DNA of 64,000 bases, taken from the NCBI RefSeq assembly GCF_006345805.1, contig NC_043013.1, positions 50,716,001 to 50,780,000 of the forward strand. Direction: 5' to 3'. Below are positions 25,921 through 38,462 of the stretch, one piece after another. The first letter of the stretch is position 1; each line of letters opens with the position of its first letter. The stretch is from Octopus sinensis. Its lineage: Eukaryota. The notes beneath the pieces are model-generated. The model had not been told where the DNA came from. It did no database searches and saw only the letters and a program-made list of their open reading frames with translations. The position numbers and the translations under genes were made by a program.

Positions 25921-26427
25921 TCATCTTTGTTGTCATCATTTTAACATCCACTTTTCCCTGCTTGCAACATGGTGAGACAAGATCCCTGTCTCCAACCCTC
26001 ACCTGTTTTGCAACTAAAAAATATATATCCCCCCCCCATCACTGACTGGACATGTTTACCCAGAAGACTGGAAATGACTCGCACTGCTTAGATGATGGTG
26101 ACAATGCTTTTACATCCTCCACATACTGCCGTGAAAAGATTCCAACACACACATACACACTCACACACACACACATACATGTTTCTGTCTGCCAAGTCTA
26201 TGCACAAAGTCTTGGTTGGCCTGAAACTATAGTTGAAGAAACTTGCCCAAGCTACCACAAAAAAAAAGGACGGACTGGAACCCAAACCATGTGTCTGGGA
26301 TTCAGCTACACGGCCAGGCCTATTAAAATGATAGGATAGGCATGGTTGGAAACTCATTGATAATAGGTCAGAGAATTGTATGTGTGTATATGTATGTGTA
26401 TGTATATATATATATATATATATATAT

Positions 26428-28888
26428 CCATCATCATCATCATCATCATTTAACGTCCGCTTTCCATGCTAGCATGGTTGGACGGTTCAACTGGGGTCTG
26501 GGGAGCCCGAAAGCTGCACCAGTCCAGTCAGATCTGGCAGTGTTTCTACAGCTGGATGCCCTTCCTAACGCCAACCACTCCGAGAGTGTAGTGGGTGATT
26601 TTATGTGCCAGCGACACAGGTGCCACGAGGCTGACAAACGGCCACGCTCGGATGGTGTTTTTATGTGCCACCGACACAGGTGCCAGACGAGGCTGGCAGA
26701 CGCCACGCTCGGATGGGTTTTTTTATGTGCCACCGACACAGGTGCCAGACGAGGCTGGCAGACGGCCCACTCGGATGGTGTTTTTATGTGCCACCGACAC
26801 AGGTGCCAGACGAGGCTGGCAGACGGCCACGCTCGGATGGTGTTTTTATGTGCCACCGACACAGGTGCCAGATGAGGCTGGCAAACGGCCACGATCGGAT
26901 GGTGCTTGTTACGTGCCCACAGCACGGAGGCCAGTCGATGCGGTACTGGCTACGGCCACGTTCGGATGGTTTTCTTATGTGCCACGTGCCACCGGCACTG
27001 GTACCACAAAGATACAAATTCCATTGATGTTCATCTATTTTGATTTGTTTTGATTTGATTTGATTTTCACTTGCCTCAACAGGTCTTCACAAGTGTCACA
27101 AGAAGGAAGGTATGCACAGGTGGACTGACTACGTCCCAGGTAGGGGCCAGGGTTATGGCCTGACTAGTCTTGCCGGGTCTCTCGGATGGTGTTTTTATGT
27201 GCCACCGACACAGGTGCTAGATGAGGCTGGCGAACGGCCACGATCGGATGGTGTTTGTCATGTGCCCACCGCACTGAATACGCACTGATGGATTTCTTGT
27301 GTGCCACAGGCCTGGTACCACAAGATACAAATTCCATTGATGTTCATCTATTTTGTCTCTTTTGATTTGGATTTGATTTTCATTTCCTTGCCTCAACCGG
27401 TCTTCAACAAGTCACAAGAAGGAAGGTATGTACAGGTGGACTGACTAGACTTGCCGGGTCTTCGGAAGGTGTTTTTATGTGCCACCAACACAGGTGCCAG
27501 ATGAGGCTGGCGAACGGCCACGATCGGATGGTTTTGTCATGTGCCCACCGCACTGACTACGGCACTGATGGATTTCTTGTGTGCCACAGGCACTGGTACC
27601 ACAGATACAAATTCCATTGATGTTCATCTATTTTGTCTATTTTGATTTGATTTGATTTTCACTTGCCTCAACCGGTCTTCACAAGTGTCACAAGAAGGAA
27701 GGTATGCACAGGTGGACTGACTAGACTTGCCGGTCTTCGGAAGGTGTTTTTATGTGCCACCAACACAGGTGCCAGATGAGGCTGCGAACGGCCACGATCG
27801 GATGTGTTTGTCATGTGCCCACCGCACTGACTACGGCACTGATGGATTTCTTGTGTGGCCACAGGCACTGGTACCACAAGATACAAATTCCATTGATGTT
27901 CATCTATTTGTCTATTTTGATTTGATTTGATTTTCACTTGCCTCAACCGGTCTTCACAAGTGTCACAAGAAGGAAGGTATGCACAGGTGGACTGACTAGA
28001 CTTGCCGGGTCTTCGGAAGGTGTTTTTATGTGCCACCAACACAGGTGCCAGATGAGGCTGGCGAACGGCCACGATCGGATGGTGTTTGTCATGTGCCCAC
28101 CGCACTGACTACGGCACTGATGGATTTCTTGTGTGCCACAGGCACTGGTACCACAAGATACAAATTCCATTGATGTTCATCTATTTTGTCTATTTTGATT
28201 GATTTGATTTGATTTTCACTTGCCTCAACCGGTCTTCACAAGTGTCACAAGAAGGAAGGTATGCACAGGTGGACTGACTTGTCTTGCCGGGTCTTCGGAA
28301 GGTGTTTTTATGTGCCACCGACACAGGTGCCAGATGAGGCTGGCGAACGGCCATGATCGGATGGTGTTTGTTACGTGCCCACAGCACGGAGGCCGGTCGA
28401 TGCGGAACTGGCTACGGCCACGTTCGGATGGTTCTCATGTGTGCCACCGGCACTGGTACCACAAAGTGGTGTGCCACCGGCACTGGTACCACAAAGATAC
28501 AGATTCCATTGATGTTCATCTATTATTTTGATTTGGTTTTATTTGATTTTCACTTGCCTCAACAGGTCTTCACAAGTGTCACAAGAAGAAGGTATGCACA
28601 GGTGGACTGACTACGTCCCAGGTAGGGGCCATGGGTTATGGCCTGACTAGTCTTGCCGGGTCTTGGATGGTGTTTTTATGTGCCACCGACACAGGTGCTA
28701 GATGAGGCTGGCGAACGGCCACGATCGGATGGTGTTTGTCATGTGCCCACAAACGGAGGCCAGTCGATGCGGTACTGGCTACGGCCACTTTCGGATGGTT
28801 TTCTCTTGTGTGCCACCGGCACTGGTACCACAGAAGATACAAATTCCTTGAGGTTTCTCTATTTTGATTTGTTTTGATTTGATTTTGA
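26428..28888 (-). mobile_element. 5'-truncated RTE LINE 3' end made of (GAT)n tail, five ~62-bp modules and ~7 long (~275-340 bp) tandem units
   Basis: Same sequence and unit order as 60297-62880, which runs directly into an RTE ORF. Confidence 0.85.
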
Positions 28889-28890
28889 TA

Positions 28891-29071
28891 TAGAAAAAAA
28901 ACCCACCTTTGATCAATTCAAAATGAAAAATTAATTTACACCATCTAGAAAATTACATATAATAGAAATATTAAATGTAATATAAAAAATATACCGATTT
29001 CTATTATATGTAATTTTCTAGATGATGTATTTTAATTTTTCATTTTGAATTGATAAAAGGTGTGTTTTCTA
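28891..29071. repeat. Imperfect AT-rich inverted repeat (~75-bp arms)
   Basis: cacctttgatcaattcaaaatgaaaaatt...ctagaaaattacatataatag versus ctattatatgtaattttctag...aatttttcattttgaattgataaaaggtg. Confidence 0.85.
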
Positions 29072-29296
29072 ATTTATATTTATATATATATTATATTTTG
29101 TGAAATTTGATTTAGTATTTCTAAATTGAATTTTTATCTATCTATCTATCTATGTATATATATATACATGTTTAAAGGTCACAATACATGTATTAAAGCA
29201 CTACTAATAGTTTCATATGTGGAGAAAACTGAAACAGAAGCCGTATATCATAATGAACTAAAGTCATTTTCTTTACTTTGTTATGATATGTGGTTT

Positions 29297-29343
29297 GCGC
29301 CTGAAGAATATGTTTTCTCAACATATGAAACTATTGGTAGCAC
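29297..29343 (+). ncRNA. Type I hammerhead ribozyme motif with intact core
   Basis: GCGC-CUGAAGA-AUAUGUU-UUCUC-AACAUAU-GAAA-C-UAUUG-GU-A-GCAC. 7-bp perfect stem II; inverted partial copy at 29201-29229. Confidence 0.7.
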
Positions 29344-29436
29344 TTAAAGACATGCATTGTATTCTTTAAATAAATAATATTCATCTCTCACCAGATGGAG
29401 TACTTTTTTTGTTGAATTTTCTATCATGGATCAGTA

Positions 29437-29479
<43 letters not shown>

Positions 29480-29559
29480 GCATATATGTATACAAATTCT
29501 ACCTTTGCACATATATATTTATATCTATATCTATATATATATATATATACACATATATG

Positions 29560-29830
29560 TATCATCATCGTTTAACGTCCGTTTTCCATGCTAGCATGGG
29601 TTGGAAGGTTCGACCGGGGTCTGGGAAACCAGGAGGATGCACCAGGCTCCAGTCTGATCTGGCAGTGTTTCTACAGCTGGATGCTCTTCCTCATGTCAAC
29701 CACTCCGTGAGTGTAGTGGGTGCTTTTTACATGCCACCGGCACAGGGGCCAGACGAGGCAGGCAAACGGCCACGATCTGTTGGTGCTTTTACGTGTCACT
29801 GACACGGATGCCAGTCAGGCGGTGCTGGCA
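29560..29830 (-). mobile_element. RTE-type 3' tail element
   Basis: catcatcgtttaacgtccgttttccatgctagc...ctacagctggatgc...tgctttttacatgcc. Confidence 0.8.
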
Positions 29831-29905
29831 TCTGTATGTATACAAATTTTACCTTTACATAAATATATGTATATATATATGTATATATGTATATATATAT
29901 GTATG

Positions 29906-29952
<47 letters not shown>

Positions 29953-30761
29953 ATGTATATACACAAGGGGCTACCAAAAGGGTTTTGGTTTTGTGTAAAA
30001 AGCAATATAGGAGGATCAGATAATTATGTTTCCCTCTCAGATTCACATGCCTATTGCAGGCAGTCCTTCAGTTTTTCTAAGCCCTGTAAACGAACTCAGA
30101 ACTTTAGGCCTCCAACCCTTGCCTTTCACAAACACCTTAAAGCCAGGAATTTTCAGCAAGCTCTTGTATATACACATACATATATACATAGTGTGTGTGT
30201 GTGACATTGTTTCTTTCTCGCCATTCTTTTGCAACCATTGGTGATATGCTTATATCCCTATAACTTAGTGGTTTGGCTAAGGAGACTGATAAAATAAATA
30301 CCAGGCTTTAAATATATATATATAAATTCTAGAGTCTATTCATTCAACTACATAGAATTCTTTAAGGCGTTGCTCCAGCACTGACATGAATAAAAGAAGA
30401 AAAATAAGATAAAATAAACAAATAAATAAGTAAATAGCAACCCCTTAATCTGTCACCTTTTCTGATCCCTTGTGATTGTAGTTAATTGATGCATAACAAC
30501 CTGTGGCCCCTTTTATCAATGAGAATATACTTGACACTAGTTAATCTGGCACGGTGGTTCTTAATTAGATGATAACACGAATCTGGGTGGTGATGGTGAT
30601 ATGAGGGGTGGTGATGGTGATATGAGGGGTGGTGATGGTGATATGAGGGTTGTTACAAAGTGACAAGGGCAGCAAATGTGAAAGGGAATGGTATGAGGGG
30701 AACACTTTATTTAGATGTGGTGGGAATTTTGTAGCAAAAATAAAATGCTTGAATCATAGAG

Positions 30762-31177
30762 TGCAGGCGCATGAGTGGCTGCGTGGTAAGTAGCTTGCTA
30801 ACTAACCACATGGTTCCGGGTTCAGTCCCACTGCGTGGCATCTTGGGCAAGTGTCTTCTGCTATAGCCCTGGGCCAACCAATGCCTTGTGAGTGGATTTG
30901 GTAGACAGAAACTGAAAGAAGCCTGTTGTATATATGTATATATATATATATGTATGCGTGTGTGTTTGTGTGTCTGTGTTTGTCCCCCTAGCATTACTTG
31001 ACAACTGATGCTGGTGTGTTTATGTCCCCGTCACTTAGTGGTTCGGCAGAAGAGACCAATAGAATAAGTACTGGGCTTACAAAGAATAAGTCCCGGGGTT
31101 GATTTGCTCGACTAAAAGGCAGTGCTCCAGCATGGCGGCAGTCAAATGACTGAAACGAGTAAAAGAGTAAAAGAGAG
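30762..31177 (+). mobile_element. SINE family A, full length
   Basis: Head, TA/TG tract, and tail ending gagtaaaagagtaaaagag. Confidence 0.9.
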
Positions 31178-31192
31178 TATTTACTTGCATAG

Positions 31193-31428
31193 CAAGTATT
31201 TTGATCTGAGATTCAAGTATCTTATTTGTGTGATTCAAGTATTTTGATCTGAGATTCTAGTATTCTATTTCCATGATTCAAGTATTTTGATCTAAGATTC
31301 AAGTATTTTATTGCTGTGATTCAAGTATTTCATTTCTGTGATTCAAGTATTTTGATCTGAGATTCAAGTATTTTAATTCTGTGATTCAAGTATATTATTT
31401 CTGTGATTCAAGCATTTTGATCTGAGAT
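31193..31428. repeat. Minisatellite of 11 units of 21/22 bp (two interleaved types)
   Basis: Type A caagtattttgatctgagatt; type B caagtatt(t/c)tatttctgtgatt. Confidence 0.92.
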
Positions 31429-32829
31429 TTTGTGCTGAAGCTAAAGCAGTTACAGTGTGGAAGACATAGGTTAGCAATTCAGAAACACAAAACCTCTGTC
31501 TGCTTCACTTAAGTATTTTATCTTTTATTTTTTTACTTGCTTCAGTTATTAGACTGTGGCCATCCTGGGGCACCGCTTTGAAAAATTTTCATCAAACGAA
31601 TTGACTCCAGTCCTTATTTTTATTTTAAACCTGGTACTTATTCTATCTGGCTCTTTTTGCTGAACTACTAAGTCAGGGGGTTGTAAACACAGCAACACCG
31701 GTTGTCAAGTGGTGGTGGGAGACAAAGACAGACACAAAGACACATACATACATATGTACATGCATTCATACATACATACATTCATACACACACACACACA
31801 TACATGCATACATACATACATGCATACATTCATACATACATACTGTTGTATAGTTAAATTGTATATACCTCCTGGTAAAAAGTGGTAGGAACTAGCCATT
31901 ATAAATATGCCAGTAGCTGGTTGTCAAGAGAGGGTCGAGAGTTGAAGCACAGAGGGTTGACAGTTCTAGTCGGTGTCTTGTGGAGCTATCAGTGATAGTA
32001 AGACAGAAGTTAGTGTATTACTATTCTAATACAGAGATACAACGGTAACTATTGTGGTTACTAACATAAAACAGCTATTACAGTACAACAGCAGTTATCA
32101 CACCAGTGGGAGGAACCCACTTTACAACACATACATATATACATACACACACACACACACACACGATGGGCTTCTTTCAGTTTCAGTCTACCAAATCCAC
32201 TCAGAAAGCTTTGGTTGGCTTTAGGCTATAGTAGAAGACACTTCCCCAGAGAGCCATGCAGTGGGACTGAACCTGGAACCATGTGGTTGGGAAGCAAACA
32301 GCTTACCGCACAGACATGCCTGTGCTTATTTGTAATTTGCAACTGCGACCATTTCACTGACAAATGGTGCTGCATCTTTTTTTGTCGGCGAACACGTTGC
32401 AGCTTTGAGGGATGAAGTTTCTGACACGTAAGTACAAATAAATGTTTAAGGGAAATTAATGGTCTTCATCTGTTTCTGAATGACTGTCTTATTATGTCTT
32501 CCACGATATAATTGCAAAATATTGAAAACAAACACAATACCCAGGGCTGTAGTAGAAGATACTTGCTTAAGTACTGTACAGTGGAACAACTTGAAACCAT
32601 TGCACAACATTAATTTCTGTTTGACTGATTTTTTTGCAAGCAACTTGCAGATGCAAGTGCTACCTGTTGAAAGATGCACAAACTGGATGCTAGCAAGACT
32701 ATGGAGTCATCAGGAGAGAATGCGCACTGCTTTGAGGCCTACCTGTTAATGACATCATCGTCCACTGGTTCCCCCAATCTGCCCTTGTTGAAATGAGGTC
32801 CCACTTGCTAGATCAGCTGTTTATTAGGT

Positions 32830-33070
32830 TAAAAGGCAGCGAGCTGGCAGAAACGTTAGCATACCGAGCGAAATGCTTAGCGGTATTTCGTCTGCCACTA
32901 TGTTCTGAGTTCAAATTCTGCCGAGGTCAACTTTGCCTTTCATCCTTTCGGGGCCGATTAAATAAGTACCAGTTATGCACTGGGGTCGATATAATCGACT
33001 TAATCTGTTTGTTTGTCCTTGTTTGTCCCCTCTGTGTTTATCCCCTTGTGGATAGTATAGAAATAAGATC
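32830..33070 (+). mobile_element. SINE family B, full length (further copies at 33550-33750 +, 53620-53840 -, 54220-54600 -, 55230-55400 +)
   Basis: Matches 13621-13830. Confidence 0.85.
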
Positions 33071-33864
33071 AGCTGGTTATTAGGTTTGACTCAATAGCCG
33101 TTGATCACTGTCTCTTTTTAACCAAATCCAGTGGCTTCCCTTTTCCACTGTAGTTTGGATATCACCCATGGTGGTATTTACTTTATAATGATTTAGGCAT
33201 AACGGCGACAACAGTTGCCTCACACTGTGTCCAATGAACCCTGTGATTTTTATTTTCTGCTTGTTAACCATTGGAAGGGAAGCATTTGCAAAACACCATT
33301 TGATGGAAGGGTGTTCTAAACAATAAAAAGTCAAGGAGCGTTGGTCTAACTAATGGTAATATATGTGCGTATAGAGGAGGGGTATACATGTACCTGTGTG
33401 TGTGGGGAGGGGGTTACATGTGTATGGCATGTAAAATTGATTACAGGTACGTTCGCTGCTATCAATTCACTGACAAGAAAGTTCACCACGAGAGAAGTTT
33501 ATTGAGAAAATATATCCATACTATCTCGACATTAATAGTTTAAAACTACAAGGCAGCGAGCTGGCAGCTTCATTAGCATGCTGGGTGAAATGCTTAGCAG
33601 CATTTTGTCTGTCTTTACGTTCTGAGTTCAAATTCCACCAAGGTCGACTTTGCCTTTCATACTTTCGGGTTCGATAAATTAGGTACCAGTTGCATGCTAG
33701 GGTTGATCTAATTGACATTTCAGGCCTTGTGCCTCGAGTAGAAAAGATTAATAGTTAAAAACTATTTTATTGAAAAAGAAAATGGTGAGTTGATAACGGT
33801 GAACTTACCAGATATGTGTTAAATTGTTTTTATATATAACTTGATGTAAAAATAAGCATTAATA

Positions 33865-34272
33865 GGTGCAGGAGTGGTTGTGTGGTAAGTAGCTTGCTAA
33901 CCAACCACATGGTTCCGGGTTCAGTCCCACTGCATGGCACCTTGGGCATGTGTGTCTTCTACTATAGCCTCGGGCCGACCAAAGCCTTGTGAGTGGATTT
34001 GGCAGATGGAAACTGAAAGAAGCCCGTCGTATATATGTATATATATATATATGCGTGTGTGTGTTTGTGTGTCTGTGTTTGTCCCCCTAGCATTGCTTGA
34101 CAACCGATGCTGGTGTGTTTATTTCCCCGTTACTTAGCGGTTCGGCAAAAGAGACCGATAAAATAAGTACTGGACTTACAAAAGAATAAGTCCTGGGTTC
34201 GAGTTGCTCGATTAAAGGCGGTGCTCCAGCATGGCCGCAGTCAAATGACTGAAACAAGTAAAAGAGTAAAGA
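33865..34272 (+). mobile_element. SINE family A, full length
   Basis: Complete head, microsatellite and tail. Confidence 0.92.
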
Positions 34273-34599
34273 GTTATCTCATGGCTTTGAAATTTTGATG
34301 ATGTGGTTGTATACTTTAAAAAGGACATTGTTGGGTAGGTGTGAGAGGCCACATCTGGTTGGTATAAACAAAAAACAAGTAGAATAGCTTCACTAGTTAT
34401 GACTGATTTAAATACTAAAGGGTTGAAGGTCTCCCTTTTAGCCCCCACTTCATAGATGTAAAGATACAAAAGCCTTGCAGCCCCTGGTGCTATTTTACTC
34501 CCATTGAATCCTGTCTTAAGTAGGGTCCAACCATGGGTTTGGGTTACTCCCATTGAATTCTGTCTTAAGTAGGGTCCTACCATGGGTTTGGGTTAATTT

Positions 34600-35130
34600 T
34601 GTGGTCTTTTAAGGTTGTTTTCTGTTCCTCATTAAATCCCTTGTATGGTTCCCCATCTTTGTGCTTGTTTTTTTGCAAGCTCAGAAGAGAAGATTGCCTT
34701 TTGGCAGGTTAGTGTCAAGCATTCTGACAACATGTCCAGCCTAAGAATACAACAGGATTTGCTTAAGTTTGGTAAACAAACTGGGTGCATTGGCATACTT
34801 CAGAACCATTCTTTCTGGAATTCTATCCTGCCACTTCATGTTAAGAAACTTCCTAAGGCAAGACATGTGAAAATGATTAACCATTTTTTGTTTCGCATTT
34901 TGGCATGAAATTGATACATTGTCCAAATTTCAGCATCATAGGGGAGTGTCAGAAGGATGAGAGCATTGTAAGTTTTGATGCAAATGCCAGAGATATCCCA
35001 CACTCCATCCTACAGTTTTCTAGAAGCTGCGCTTTGCCTTGCTAATATATGATGACATTTCTGCATCAATGCAGGCATCACAAGACAGTTTTCGTTTCCC
35101 AAGATATTGAAAATTACTTACATCATACAC
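34600..35130 (-). mobile_element. Decayed RTE (BovB-like) LINE C-terminal fragment
   Basis: FQYLG...DACIDAEM...ISKA and NHFHMSCLRKFLNMKWQDRIP, typical of RTE/BovB, interrupted by stops and frameshifts. Confidence 0.75.
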
Positions 35131-35447
35131 TTGTATAAGCATGGGTATGGCTGTGTGGGTAAGACACTGACTTACCGACCACTTGGTTCTTGGTTCAGTC
35201 CCACTGTCTGCCATCTTGGACAAGTACCTTCTACAATAACCCTATGCTGACTAATATCTTGTGAGTGGATTTGGTAGATGGAAACTGAAAGAAGCCTGTT
35301 GTGTGTATATGCGTGTGTGTGTGTGTTTCAGCAATTATTTGGACCTTGGGTATACGGTTAGTAGTATGCTGGTTAAAGCACTTTCACCATTTAGGCTATC
35401 TGATGTCATCCACACTTACAATATAATTGTCACTGAATCTACATCAG

Positions 35448-35493
<46 letters not shown>

Positions 35494-35509
35494 TAGTGGA
35501 GCACTATGA

Positions 35510-35940
35510 GCACCATTCGAGCGTGATCGTTGCTAGAGCGGCTAACTGGCTTCTGTGCCGGTGGAACGTAAAAAGCACCATTTGAACGTGATTGTTACCA
35601 GCGTCACCTTGTGCTGGGGGCACATGAAAAACATTTGAGCGAGGTCATTGCCAGTGCTGCATGACTGGCTCCTTTGCAGGTGGCACATATAAAAAAACAC
35701 CATTTTGAGCGTGGCCATTGCCAGTACCGCCCGACTGGCCCTCGTGCCGGTGGCACGTAAAAGCACCCACTACAGTCTCGGAGTGGTTTTGGCATTAGGA
35801 AGGGCATCCAGCTGTAGAAACTCTGCCAGATCAGATTGGAGTCTGGTGCAGCCATATGGTTTGCCAGACCTCAGTCAAATTGTCCAACCCATGCTAGCAT
35901 GAAAAGCGGACGTTAAACGATGATGATGATCATGATGACG
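35510..35940 (+). mobile_element. RTE-type 3' UTR fragment with four ~60-bp modules and (GAT)n tail
   Basis: Repeated gtgccggtggcacgtaaaaagcacc modules, then ggaagggcatccagctgtagaaac...gttaaacgatgatgatg. Confidence 0.85.
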
Positions 35941-36209
35941 TGTGTGTCTCCTTTTCTTGACATTGTGTGATAGTCGTAAACAAGTGTCACCATCATACAA
36001 GCGGTGTTATTTGTTTGTTTCCAGTCTTCCTTGAAGACTTGTCTAGCCATGGGAAAAATACTTCACTTGGAAGCAGGTGAGGGCTGGTGACAGGGAAGGC
36101 ATCTGGCTGTAGAAAATCTGTCTCAACAAATTTCGTCTGACTTATGTGAGAATGGGAAAGAGACCATTAAAGCAATGATGATGAGGATTCGCTCAACTGT
36201 GAAATAAAA

Positions 36210-36870
36210 CTAAAGGGTAAAGACCCCCTTCAGTCATGGATGACCATAGCATTGTACCTAGAAGTTTCCTCTCCATGGCTCAAATCAGGGCAATGTGGAA
36301 GACCAGCAATCACCCATGCATACCAGCCTCCCTTCTCCTTGCCACCAATATTGTCCAAATGAAAGGCAAGGACTGATAATATTTTTGTTTGTTCCTTCTC
36401 AAGCCATGCCTGGCTCATAAAGGCCGGTTTTCCGGTTTCCTTGGCGTATAGGTTCCCCACATGGATGGGATGCCGGTCTGTCGCAGGTGAGCTGCAAGAT
36501 ACAGGAGGAAAGAGTGAGAGAAAGTTGTGGCGAAAGAGTCAGCAGAAGTTTGCCATTACCTTCTGCTGGAGTCGCATGGAGCTTAGGTGTTTCGCTCATA
36601 AACACACACATCGCCCGGTCTGAGATTCGAACCCGCGATCCCTCGACCACGAATCCACTGCTCTAACCACTAGGCCATGTGCCTTCACAAAGACTGATAC
36701 AGCTTAACACCAGTGATATCACAACTCATTTCTACAGCTGAGTGAATTGGAGCAACGTGAAAGTAAAGTGTCTTGCTCAAGAACGCAACACAGAGCCTGG
36801 TCTGGGAATTGAACTCATTACCTCATGATTGTAAGCCTGATGCTCTAACCACTGAGCCATGCATATTCGC
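36210..36870 (-). mobile_element. Nested tRNA-SINEs: family C (36400-36688) inserted in family D
   Basis: Head ggcctagtggttagagcagtgg...ggttcgaatctc. The flanks match the head and tail of the 41190-41522 element. Confidence 0.7.
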
Positions 36871-36909
36871 TGGTAAAAACTATGAATTACTTCCCATTGT
36901 TCCTAAAAC

Positions 36910-36947
<38 letters not shown>

Positions 36948-37589
36948 GACCTATGTACCAGTAGGAGCACGGATGACATATCATCTGGGAATCAAAAGGT
37001 ACATGGTTCAAGTTCTATTAGTCCCCTTAATCATTGTATCTGCCTCAAGTTGTGTCATATGACATCTAATGTTGTTCACAGAAGTAAACTCTGATTTTTT
37101 AGTAAAGCAAGTTGAATTGTGTAACTTGCTCAAGAACCTGTTACTATGGCTAATCTGACAAAGTTTGAATCAATAATCTTAAGATCATCACAACAATCGT
37201 GATTGAATGTGTTCATCTCCTACTCTAGATGGACATGCAAAGTAGAGGAAGTTGATTTAGGTTTTCTGATAGCAGAAACGAAACGAATAAAGTTAAATAT
37301 ATATATATAAAAGAATACAAAATATGGGACAAGAACACAAAACATCCAGACAGTTAGATGATACAAAAAATGGACAAGGAAAAACAAAACAAGTGCAGGT
37401 CATTCGGAGTTTTCTTTCCTCAGTTGAGTTCCAGATTATCTTTGCCATTTTGGCTGGTTATACTCGAGATTGCTCCAATCTGGTCAGCCCCAAGGAAGAC
37501 CTAAGCTAAGAGCACTAGATTCTTTGGAAGAAAACAGCACAGAAAAACCCCCCCAGAGAAATGGTGTGTGTACACACACACACGCACAC

Positions 37590-37626
<37 letters not shown>

Positions 37627-37904
37627 AGTGTGTGTCATTTATTCACAGAAATTCTCAGATATTTCTTGCTCTGTCTCTGGTGCCATACCATTTCATTGTA
37701 TTGCATTCTTTGTTTGTTGCAGTGGAATCAAAATCAGTTGCAAGCTGTGAATGACCCTCGAGGTATTTCAGTGACGTAAGGGTGTCATCTAGGGTGTTTG
37801 GTTGCGGGGCCCTTTTTCTCTGCAAACTGCTGTGTGTGTGTGAGGGGAGTAGAAAATACTTCAGCTGTCAAGGAATGGACTGCAACCAAAGAGAGTTATT
37901 CTTT

Positions 37905-38419
37905 TACTTGTTTCAGTCATTTGACTGTGGCCATGCTGGAGCACTGCCTTTAGTCGAGCAAATCAACCCCAGGACTTATTCTTTGTAAGCCTAGTACTTA
38001 TTCTGTCGGTCTCTTTTGCAAAACTGCTAAGTTATGGGGATGTAAGCAAACCAGCATCGGTTGTCAAGTGATGGAGTGCGGGACACACAAACAAACAAAC
38101 AAACATACACACAAATATTCAAACACACACACATACATACGTACATATATATATATATTATCAATAATAATAATATGGGTAAAATTAATTAATTAATTAA
38201 TAATTAATAATTTTACCAAGCAGTGTTCAGTAGGTCAAAGGACCATTTAACGGTAAATTTAAACATTATTTTATATAATATGGTTCTGCAAAAAAATTGC
38301 TTTACCACACACTGAACTTTAAAGTAGAAGAAATAGCTAAATTCTTTGGCTGCTATTTCTAAAAGTTCAGTGTGTGGTAAAGCAATCTTTTTGCTGAACC
38401 CTATTATATAAAATAATGT

Positions 38420-38462
<43 letters not shown>

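Noticed and set aside
27200-27245. Hammerhead-like string (C/U)AGAUGAGGCUGGCGAAC in array modules, + strand
   Set aside because: The core deviates (no CUGA, GAAC instead of GAAA), there are no stems I/III, and it is simply the antisense of the module hairpin.
26446-28877. Many 70-200 aa ORFs over the arrays (also 60318-62967)
   Set aside because: They are translations of non-coding tandem units, open on both strands and in several frames.
26428-28888. CRISPR-like reading of the regularly spaced repeats (also 60297-62880 and 31193-31428)
   Set aside because: The intervening sequences are themselves repeated, there are no cas genes, the context is eukaryotic, and the large arrays are LINE 3' UTR.
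37229-37300. Possible WWOX exon (CKVEEVDLGFL resembles AKVEAMTLDL)
   Set aside because: The expected phase-0 reading from the AG hits a stop, no donor is evident, and the preceding exon is missing.
37395-37430. CUGAGGA...CCGAAU hammerhead-like motif, minus strand, in a probable PLE-like remnant
   Set aside because: GAAA is absent and the stems are not convincing.
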